From Azolla caroliniana (lineage: Eukaryota; Plantae; Polypodiophyta): DNA of 64,000 nucleotides. A model generated the notes under the pieces. That model had not been told where the DNA came from and made no database searches. It saw nothing but the letters and a program-made list of their open reading frames with translations. The stretch is from positions 21,452,001-21,516,000 of the forward strand of contig JBHGNT010000003.1 of NCBI GenBank assembly GCA_043228905.1, in the 5' to 3' direction. Below are positions 51,135 to 61,000 of this stretch, one piece after another. The translations under genes and the position numbers were made by a program. Each line of letters begins with the position of its first letter. Position 1 is the first letter of the stretch.

Positions 51135-53922
51135 GAGGCCGAAAGAGAATGGTACATCGGTACCACGGGAGAGGGTGCGGGACAAGCCACCCTCTCGACA
51201 TGCGGAGAAAGATCGACCGAGGACGAGGTCGGGGACGGTGAGGCGGCGATCGCCGGTTTCGAGCGGACATGAGGGAGTTCGGGCATGGAAGCCCGAAACA
51301 TCGAGCGGGGAGAAGACGGGCGGTGGTGCCGGGACCTTACGCACACCGGGCCTAGAGACTCCGGCAACCGGCCCGAGAGCCAGTGTGAGACCTAGAGTGA
51401 CGGGCGGTGGCGGCGGCAAGGCGGGCGACCACGATGGTGACATGGGAGAGGGTGCGGAAAAAGCGACTCTCTCGTCTTGGGGCGAATGGACGGCCATGGA
51501 GGCCGGTAACTACGGATTCGGGACATGGCGGCCCGAAACATCGAGTGAGGAGGAGACAAGCGGCGGTGCTGCGACCTTACACACACCGGCCCTAGAGGCA
51601 CCAGCGGTCAGCCCGATTGCCGGCGTGAGACCTAGAACGACGGGCGGTGGCGGTGGCAAGGCGGGCAACCGAGACAATGGTAAGGAGACCGTGGAAGAGG
51701 AGGCGGCAAGCATAATTGATGCTTGCATATACGGAGGCGGGGTAGCCACGGATGACGATGTCCGAATGGAGGTGGCTACGGGCATAGCATCGACAAGCGG
51801 CGGCGTTGCTACCTTACACGCACCGGTTCAAGAGACCCCGACGGCCGGCCCGAGTGCCCGCGTGAGACCTAGGGTGACGAACGGTGGCGGCGGCAAGGCG
51901 GGCGACCACGGCGACGATGTGGGAGAGGGTGCGGAGCGAGCGACCCTCTCGACTTGTGGAAAGAGGACGGCCATGAATGAGGCCGATATCTACGGAGCAA
52001 TGGATGCCACTTCGAGAGTGGGCGAAAGTTTCGGGACGCGGTTGCCCGAAACGTTCTACGAGGATTTCGCGAGCATACTCGAGGCTTGCGAAATCGAGGA
52101 AGAAGAGGAGACGAGAGACGGTGCCGCGACCTTCCACACACCGGTCCTAGAGACTCCGACAACCGGCCCGAGAGCCAGTGTGAGACCTAGAGAGACGGAC
52201 GGTGGCGGCGGCAAGGCGGGCAACCGAAATGACGAAGAGGAGGTTTCTAGCGGACGGAGGCGAGATCCCTCGACACCGGGGCCGGAGACTTCGGCGGTTG
52301 CGCCCGAGCGCGGACATAAGACCGGAGAGATGGGCGGTGGCCGTGAGGATGAGAGGCCCGGAGTGGGCACGTGCGAAAAGACCGAAGGAGAGGTCTGGAG
52401 CGGCATCGAGGAGCGAGTCAGGAACCGACCCGACCAAAAGATGAGCCGGTCGGTAATCCGACCCGACCGGGAGGCGGAGCGGAAGAAGAGTGTGGCGGGG
52501 GCCGGTCAACCGGGTCCGAACCAAAGGAAGCCGGCAAGACCGGGATTGTTTGATCGATTCGTAGCCGGTCGGGTACGGTTACGGTGGGAGCCGGTGAGAG
52601 CGAGAAGGAGGCTAACCGGGCACGACGAGTACGGGTCGGTGAGAGGTCGAGAGCAAGAGGAGCCCTCCACACCTATGATTGAGACTTCGGCGGTTGCGGA
52701 TCAACGGAAGACCGAAGAGATGGCGGGTGGCGTCGAGGAGTTGGAAGATAATGCGGAATCGGGTACCGGAGCGGATGCCTGGTGTGAGAAGGACGAAGAG
52801 ACCAACGCGAAGGTCGCGTCTACGACGGATGAGCGTGAAGTGAAGCATGCACTACAGTCGGTGAAGGGCCAAGACACAAGCATGCATACGACGGATGGGC
52901 GACAACGATTGACCGATGATGACGGTCGGGTCAAGCCTTCGAGACGCAAGCGCGGGACGAAGGACGACGCGGCGAAACACCAAGACCGACGACATGGGCC
53001 GAGCGCGATCGGCATGAGCGGAGAGTCGTGTCTTGAGAACTGAAGAAGGTGTGCGGAGAGCAACGGGCTACGCGCCGGGAAGAGGAAGCGCGGCTTCCCG
53101 GAGGGCATGCAAGGCCAAGCGGGCCAAGAGGGCGCAAGTCGAGGCGAAGCGGTAACGAGAGCCTCGAGGGACACCGACACGAAGGTCGGGATGACAGTAT
53201 GCTCTACCGCGAGAGAGCACGGCGAACAACGGGGAAAGCCTACGGAAGGCAAGCGCGGAGCGGAGAGAATCGGCACGCCGAGGTGTGCGGCACGCAAAGG
53301 GCGGAATCCGGCATGCGACCGGGAGCGCATTCGAAGGATATACGAGGCGGACAAAGGAAGAGCAACCGGGTCGGTGACAGCGTTCGGGAGGACCGAACGG
53401 GGAGGAAAGCACGGGCATCGGATACGGCGGCTCGGATGTAGTCGGTGGTTCAAGGACCCACGGTGGACGTGGTGGATCGGGTGGAGGCAACGACTCGGCG
53501 AACATCGTCGAGTGTGGCGGATCGGATGGCGCCGACAGTTCGAGACCATTCGGCGAGGATGGTGAACCGGAAGGCGGCGGCGGTTCATGTGGACGGGGTG
53601 GTCTTGCTCGAAGTGGAGGACAAAACCGGGCGGGCCCACGAGGGCGCTAAGGACTCGGCCGGTCGTCGTGGCCGAAAATCTCGTGTTCTCTCCCCTATGT
53701 TTTGGCACATACCGATGGATGTGCGGTTAGGTGGGGGCGGATGTCGTGAAGATTTTCGTCCACGAGCAGAAACCTGAGCAACGAGAGCCAAAGAGCAATG
53801 TGCAACGTTGCACACGTACATAATGTATTTGTAATAATAATAGGGGAAAAGGGTATGGTGATAGAAATGCCCCATAAGATCCCTAAGGTATAAAGGCGAT
53901 GTGGTCTTTTGCGCACATCCAC

Positions 53923-53968
<46 letters not shown>

Positions 53969-55371
53969 CTATGCGGTACATAGGTACCTAGTTGTTTGTG
54001 AGGAGGTGGGAGTTAAGGGGCCATCAATCTCACCCTCCCCAAATCAAGGCAAATATCCCCTTTGAATGAAAGGGGATATTTTAGTCTCGTTTTTGTAAAC
54101 GGTCTTCCCTCCTTGTGCTATAAAAGGAGAGGGAAGGCACCATTGTGAGGGTTGCCTATTTTGAGTGTGCGAGGTATACCACATAGGTCGAGCGTTAGGG
54201 TTAGGGTTTCTTGATCTTTATCTTCATCTTCGTCGGTTAGGGTTATGAGTAGTCGTTTGGTGCGGCCTATGCGGCCACCATTTTGTAATCGTTCATTTCG
54301 TTTTAATACATCTCGTTGATCATCTTGTTTCCATCTTCCTCTTGTTCGACCTAATCTCTTGTTCATTCTTCTTCTTCTTGAGCAAAGCTTCCATTCCGTG
54401 TCCGATTCCTTCTCCTCTACTCCTTAGTCCAAGACCCCCGTGGTCCCGCCCTTCTCCACGCACGCGCGTAGCAACGCGACACCGTAGCGTTGTTAACAAG
54501 GGAAGCCGAGTACATAGCCACAACAGAAGCCAACAAGGAAATAATATGGATGAAGGAGTTCATTAGAGAGTTGGGGATTCGGCAAGAGGAATTGCGACTC
54601 TACTACAATAACCAGAGTGCCATGCACCTTGTGAAGAATGCCGCCGACCACTCGAGGACAAAGCACATCCAATGGAGATACCATTGGCTCAGGGAGAGGG
54701 TAGAAGAAAAGGAGTTTTCTCTAGTGATGGTGCACACAACAGAGAACGGGTCGAACATGCTAACGAAGCAGTTCATCGGACAGTACTGTTGGGGATTCGG
54801 CATGAGGAATTTTGATTCTATTGTGATAACCACAGTGTCATGCACCTTGTGAAGAATGTCGCCTACCACTCAAGGACAAAGCACATCCAATGGAGATACC
54901 ATTGGCTCAAGGAGAAGGTAGAAGAAAAGGAGTTTGCTCTAATGATGGTGCACACAACGGAGAACGGGTTGGACATGCTATCGAAGGTGTTGTCAGTTGA
55001 AAAGATACAGCGAGCCAATAGAGAGTCGGATTGATGAAGCACCCCATGCCGGAGTGAAGGAGGAGTTTGTTTGGAAACAGGTCCCTCAAGATAGGAAGAT
55101 TACGTGCCGAATCGGATTGAGAGTCGTCAAGAATTTCAATCGAGGCCGAAAATCGAATGAACGAAAAATCGACAAATCGAATAATCGATTTAATAGCTTA
55201 TTTAGAAGGCTATATTTGTAAATAGCCTAAATGTGCCCATTGGGACTATATTTATAAATAGACCTGAAAGTTTTATTAGTATAAATACAACTAGGCTCTG
55301 TGCACTGTCATTGTCGATTCTTTGCACCCGAACATACGTACCAATCCCAACAATCGAGATGAAAACACATC

Positions 55372-55431
55372 ACCTTTATAACTCAGTGGTAGAGCGTCAA
55401 TCTTGTAAATTGAAGGTCTTGAGTTCAATCC
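55372..55431 (+). pseudogene. tRNA-Thr(UGU) pseudogene, 3'-truncated at inversion breakpoint
   Basis: matches array consensus up to GTTCAATCCT; lacks acceptor 3' strand. Confidence 0.8.
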
Positions 55432-55498
55432 TTCTACTAATGCTGCTTTTTAAAACACACAAAATGTCAACAAATACAAGGACACACTTGTTGACATA

Positions 55499-55570
55499 TG
55501 CCCCCACTAAGGATTGAACTCAAGACCTTCAGTTTACAAGACTGACACTCTACCACTGAGCTATAGAGGC
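55499..55570 (-). tRNA. tRNA-Thr(UGU), full length, possibly functional
   Basis: 72 nt; A box TAGCTCAGTGG; anticodon arm TCAGT-CTTGTAA-ACTGA; B box GTTCAATCC; acceptor GCCTCTA/TGGGGGC. Confidence 0.7.
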
Positions 55571-55963
55571 GATGCGCTTTCATAAATGTCTTTATCTATC
55601 GGTGAATTTATTTAAGATCCCACTTGTTGTTCATATTTTTCGTAGATGTATTTATCTATCTGTGAATTTATTTAAGATCCCACTTGTTGTTGATATTTTC
55701 TGACATCCAAAATCTATAATCTATTATTGTTTGCACACTTACATTTTTTATGACATATGCCCCCATGAAGGATTGAACTTAACATCCAACCAAAGATCTT
55801 ACTTGTTGCTTATCAGTCAATGCATCAAGCGATAGAACACACTTTTGAACATATGTCCCCACAAATTGTAGAACATAACTTTCAACTAAAGATATTAGTC
55901 TCTTGTTTCTTTTTAAGACACTCAAATCTTGTCAAGAGATACACAAACACACTTGTTGACATA

Positions 55964-56035
55964 TGCCCCCACTGAGGATTGAACTCAAGACCTTCAGTTT
56001 ACAAGACTGACGCTCTACGATTGAGCTATAGAGGC
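55964..56035 (-). tRNA. tRNA-Thr(UGU), full length, D-loop GG mutated
   Basis: 72 nt cloverleaf; D loop reads AATCGTA. Confidence 0.55.
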
Positions 56036-56282
56036 GATGTGTTTTCATAGATGTCTTTATTTATCCGTGAATCTATTTAAGATCCCACTTGTTGTTGAGA
56101 TTTTCTTACATCCAAACTCTATAATATATCATTGACCTTTGCAAGGTTGCTTACGTTCTTAATGACATATGCCCCCATGAAGGATTGAACTTATCATTCA
56201 ACCAAAGATCTTACTTGTTGCTTATCAAGTAAAAGCGTAAAGGCATACAAGAACACATTTTTCCACATATGCCCCCACTAAG

Positions 56283-56352
56283 TAGCAATGGGCACGGTTT
56301 TGGCTCAAACCGAATTGAACCGTTAAGCCATGGTTTAACGCTCCCATTGCTA
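56283..56352. mobile_element. 70-bp mini hAT-like element
   Basis: TIR TAGCAATGGG/CCCATTGCTA with AACCG subterminal motifs like the MITEs at 21241 and 32684; no direct TSD. Confidence 0.7.
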
Positions 56353-56644
56353 CTTGAGTGTCTTAAAAAGAAACAGGTAAGATCTTTAGTTGAATGTTAA
56401 GTTCTACACATTGTGGGGGCATATGTTCAAAGGTGTGTTCTATCCCTTGACGCATTGACTGATAAGCAACAAGTAAGATCTTTGGTTGAATGTTAACTTC
56501 AATCCTTCATGGGGGCATATATCATCAAGAACGTAAGTGTGCAAACAATAATATATTATAGAGTTTGGATGTCAGAAAATATCAACAATAAGTGGGATCT
56601 TAAATAAATTCACAAATAGATAAAGTCATCTACACAAACGCATT

Positions 56645-56688
56645 GCCTCTATAACTCAATGGTTTGAGTTCAATCCTCAGTGGGAGCA
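56645..56688 (+). pseudogene. tRNA-Thr pseudogene with anticodon arm deleted
   Basis: 5' end joined directly to TTGAGTTCAATCCTCAGTGGGAGCA. Confidence 0.8.
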
Positions 56689-57022
56689 TATGTCAAACAA
56701 GTTTGTCCTTGTATATGTTGACATTTTGAGTGTTTTAAAATGCAACATTAGTTGAAGGTTAAGTTCTACCCTTAGTCATTGGGGGAATATGTCAAAAATC
56801 ACGTGTTCTTGTATCCCTTGACGCTTTGACTTGATAAGCAACAAGTAGATCTTTGGTTGAATGTTGTGTTCAATCCTTCATGGGGGCATATGTCATCAAG
56901 AACGTACTAAGAAGCCTTGCAAACAATGATATATTATAGAGTTTGAATGTCAAAAAATCTTAACAACAAGTGGGATCGGAAATTAATTCATGGATCAATA
57001 AAGACATGTATTAAAACACATT

Positions 57023-57094
57023 GCCTCTATAGCTTAGTGGTAGAGCGTCAGTCTTGTAAACTGAAGGTCTTGAGTTCAATCCTCAGTGGGGGCA
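57023..57094 (+). tRNA. tRNA-Thr(UGU), full length, possibly functional
   Basis: 72 nt intact cloverleaf, TGT anticodon, T4 run ~16 nt downstream. Confidence 0.72.
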
Positions 57095-57361
57095 TATGTC
57101 AACAAGTGTGTTTTGTATCTGTAGATATTTGAGTCTTAAAAAGAAATAGGTAAGATAGGTTTAGTGGGGGCATATGTTCTATCCCTTGACGCATTGATGA
57201 TAAGCAACAAGTAAGATCTTTGGTTAAATGTTAAGTTCAATCCTTCATGGGGGCCTATGTCATCAGGTAATTGTGCAAACAATAATATGTTATAGATATC
57301 AACAACAAGTGGCATCTTAAATAAATTCACGGATAGATAAAGACATCTATAAAAATGCATC

Positions 57362-57435
57362 GCCTCTATAGCTCAATGGTAGAGCGTCAGTCAAGTGTAA
57401 ATTGAAGGTCTTGAGTTCAATCCTCAGTGGGGGCA
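57362..57435 (+). pseudogene. tRNA-Thr pseudogene, anticodon-loop insertion
   Basis: CAGTCAAGTGTAAATTGA instead of CAGTCTTGTAAACTGA. Confidence 0.8.
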
Positions 57436-57772
57436 TATGACAAGGACAAATGTGTCCTTGTATCTGTTGAAATTTTGAGTGTTTTAAAACACAACATTAG
57501 TTGAAGGTTAAGTTCTACCCTTAGTCACTGGGGGAATATGTCAAAAATCACGTGTTTTTGTATCCCTTGACACTTTGACTTGATAAGCAACAAGTAAGAT
57601 CTTTGGTTGCATGTTGCGTTCAATCCTTCATGGGGGCATATGTCATCAAGAACGTACTAAGAAGCCTTGCAAACAATGATATATTATAGAGTTTGAATGT
57701 CAAAAAATCTCAACAACAAGTGGGATCTTAAATAAATTCATGAATAATTAAAGACATCTATGAAAACGCATT

Positions 57773-57852
57773 GCCTCTATAGCTTAGTGGTAGAGCGTTA
57801 GAGCATGAGTCTTGTAAACTAAAGGTCTTTAGTTCAATCCTCAGTGGGGCCA
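57773..57852 (+). pseudogene. tRNA-Thr pseudogene with TAGAGC duplication
   Basis: GGTAGAGCGTTAGAGCATGAGTCTTGTAA. Confidence 0.8.
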
Positions 57853-58058
57853 TATGTCAACAAGTGTGTTCTTGCATCTGTTGACACTTTGAGTTTTTTA
57901 GAAAGCAACATGTAGGATCTTCAGTAGAAGGTTAGGGGGCATATGTTCAAAAGTGTGTTCTTGTATCCCTTGACGCTTTGCCTTGATAAGCAACAAGTAA
58001 GAGATTTGGTTGAATGTTGCGTTTAATCCTTAATGGGGGCATACGTCATCAAGAACGT

Positions 58059-61000
58059 TGTTGCAGATATCCGTTGTCGAGGTATTCCTCGCGGATGCGT
58101 GGAATGGGGCGGGACCTCGGGGGTCTTGTACCGAAGAGCAAGAGAGAAAGGAGAAGGGAGGGGACCCACTACGTGTGAGCGTAGATTCACAGGGACACGG
58201 TCCTTCGATACAAAGACGCGAGTGGGACACAGACACCGAGGGACACGAATGTATGTAAATATATATATATTAACAAACAACAACAAGAAGCACGAGGTCG
58301 GTTACAACCGAACAGGCCGGCGAACAGATGTCGATGCCTGTTCGTAAACGCACAGAAAGGAAAGAGTAGGTTGGGGGTGCTGCCGGAAGCACTCGGGCAT
58401 TCCTCAGAGCAGCGCGAGCCTCCCGAAACCTGCACAGCAAGAAGCTACGGAGTTTGCGAGCCAGAGAGAGAGAGAAGCCTTCGCCCACAAACCGACAACA
58501 CTTCGTCCTCGACTCTCCGCGATGGTCCCCTCCCCCCTTCTCGTCTCCCTCCTTTTATAGGCAAGGAAGGAGCCGTTTCCCATTAACTTCCTACCCACTG
58601 AATCTACCTACCTAGGATCTTCTATATACCTAATTCTCTCTTATGTACAACATAAGGCGTACGTGCATGAAGAGCCGGTTCCTACGCTCCGGTGCACCGA
58701 TTCCGCTTGTGGACAGTTTTCTTCACAACATCCGCCCCCACCTAACCGCGCATCCACCGGCATGCGCCAAATTGAGTTGGGACGGAGAAAACCAGTCCAG
58801 CCTTCATTCCCCCGCCCGTCGGTTCTTCCTTGGTTTCGGATCGTTCGTCGTCGCGGTTCAGGTTTACCGGATCCGGCTCGTCGTCGTGACGCTTCTTGAA
58901 CGCTTTGATCCGCTTCCCAGCTACCGGTATCGTCATTCTCATGCCGTCGAGTTCCGCCAGATGGTACGTCCCGTTGTCGTTGCCGCTTTGTACCACGTAA
59001 GGCCCGAACCACCTTCTTGCGAACTTTCGTGTCGCTCGGTGCTGATTGTTGAGGCTGCTGTCGTAGACTAGCACCCAGTCGCCTTCCTCGATCTTCTTCG
59101 GTCGAAGCCGGTACGTTCAGTCGAACCGGGCTTTGTTCCTCGTCCTTGCCACCCGAAGCTTTCCCGCAGCCTGCTCCACATCCTCTGGCCTTCGCTCGAG
59201 CTGTCATATGCGCGCCGTCAACAGTTCCTCCCGGCTCATCTCGTTTTTCCAGTCCACGGTTGCCCATGAGGAGATCGTACTTTCCATCGGCATGATCGGC
59301 TTCTGCCCAAACATGAGCTCTGCCGGCATGAATCCGGTTACCGAACTGTGCGTAGTTCGGTTAGCCCACAACACGTAAGGCAGCAGCCGCGGCCAGTTCC
59401 CGACTTGTCCTCCGCATGCCCAAACTAACGCCTTGACGATCGGTCCGTGCCCGCGCTCCACCTTCCCATTCGCCTCCGGATTGTACGCAGTGGTAAGCGA
59501 GAGCTTGATTCCTAGCCGGTCGAACAACTCCTCGGCCTCTTTGGCGTCCAACTCCCCGCGATCAGCCACGATCTTCCCGACGCACCCGTACCGGCATATC
59601 ACGTCCTCGATCAGGAACCGACATACGGCCGCGGTTGTTTTGTTCTGAAGGGCTCGGCCTTCCACCTGGTTCGTCAGATCTTCCCGAGCCAGGACTAGAT
59701 ACCGCATCTGTCCTACTCCCATCGGCATCGTCACCAGATCTACCATCCATTTGAAGTGGATGGTCGGAGGGTACGTAGGGTGAAGCTCGTCCTGATGTCG
59801 GACTACGGAGTGCATCTGGCAGCTCTCGCAAGTTGTCACGAATCGATGCACGTCCCGGTACAGTCCCGGTCACCAGTACTTCCCCTTTATCTTCTCGAAC
59901 GTGGCCCACGTTCCACGGTGTCCAGCCCAAGGGCTGTCGTGGTAGGCCGTCAGCAGCTCCTCCTGTTCTTCCTTCATCGCCACCACCCGGAGCGGGACGC
60001 CGTTCCTCTTCTTCGGGTGCTTCCATAAGTATCCGTCCCGGAGAAAGAATCGGTATGCTTTCTTCTGGATCCGGTTGGACTCGTCCCTCGTCCATGACGC
60101 ATCCGGCGTCATGGTCTTTAAGAACCCTCCGATCTATAGCCACTCGCCGTCGTACTTGCTCTCGTCGAAGCCGTTAAGCGCCGGAGTGCTCGTCCCATTG
60201 GTCGTCACGTACGCTACCTCGAAGAAGTCCACGCCGAATTCTTCGTCCTCCGAAACCATGCCGCCCTCGTCATCAAACCTCGCCCTCGAAAGCATGTCGG
60301 CCATGGCGTTGTCCTTTCCGGAAATGTGTTGTATTTCCGGGTCCAGGGACTTGATGTACGCTATCCACCTGAGCATCGCCAGGTCCGGTGTCGCGCATCC
60401 GGAAACCATGCCGAGAATTGGCAGGCAATCCGTCTCGATAACCACTTCTGTCCCGATCAGGTAGTCTTTGTCGGCCTTTACTGCCGAAACGATACCCCAG
60501 AGTTCGCGCTTAACCTGGGCGTACCCTCGTTGTCGCTCACTGAGGACCTTCGCGCTGAATCGGATCGGGAACCGAATGCCGTCCTTGTCTTCTTGGTTGA
60601 CGACCCATCCGATCCCGGTCGGGCTCGTATCCACCGTTATGTATACCGGGGTACCTTTCTCGTAGACAGCCTTCCGGAGCGCCGGTGCTACCGCAAGAGC
60701 TTCCTTCAGCTTCCGGACCGACTCTGTGTGCTCGTCTCGCCACTCGAATTTTTGCCCCTTCTTCAGCAACCCGTATAGCGGCTCCGCAACGTGGGCGTAA
60801 TGCGGGATTCATATGTGGTAGAACGCGCACGCCCCTAGGAACCTCCGAACTTCCGTAACCGAGCTACAGTCGGTCTTCATCGTGGAGATGGCTTCTACCT
60901 TTGCCGGAGACGGCTTCCGGCCATATGGTCCACATAGGTGTCCGACCACCAGGATTTCTGACTGCCCGAAGGCCGATTTCTCCCCGGAGAAGGTGAGCCT

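Larger units (their letters stand above)
49793..54481 (+). mobile_element. young non-autonomous Ty3/gypsy LTR element (gag remnant only)
   Basis: LTRs 49793-50520 and 53742-54481 differ by ~3 substitutions plus 12 bp of (GA)n; TSD CCGT; PBS 50525-50542; PPT GGTTAGGTGGGGGCGGA 53725-53741; no RT/INT motifs. Confidence 0.95.
47811..55330 (+). mobile_element. old Ty1/copia (Tnt1/Tork-like) RT-RH plus partial 3' LTR, host of nested insertions
   Basis: RT 47811-48082 (YASAVGSLMYAMVCTRPDI); resumes 49583-49792 (EHW...GGAVAWQSRLQKTV) and 54482-55030 (EAEYIA, HSRTKHI); PPT GAAGGAGGAG then LTR start TGTTTGG at 55068. Confidence 0.88.
55340..58058. repeat. tRNA-Thr(UGU)-derived higher-order tandem array with internal inversion
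   Basis: 7 tRNA-like copies plus repeated 3'-half modules ending GGGGGCATATG; units ~340-465 bp. Confidence 0.92.

Noticed and set aside
52701-53708. 335-aa minus-strand ORF and other overlapping ORFs in GC-rich TE interiors
   Set aside because: Shadow ORFs expected at high GC, with no recognisable motifs
55490-55520. PBS or PPT of a tandem TRIM at ACATATGCCCCC
   Set aside because: No TGG (CCA complement) and no LTR-internal-LTR pairing; a whole tRNA is present
55340-58058. CRISPR-like array (recurrent GGGGGCATATG)
   Set aside because: Intervening sequences are themselves repeated, the repeat is a tRNA 3' end, and there are no cas genes in this eukaryotic context
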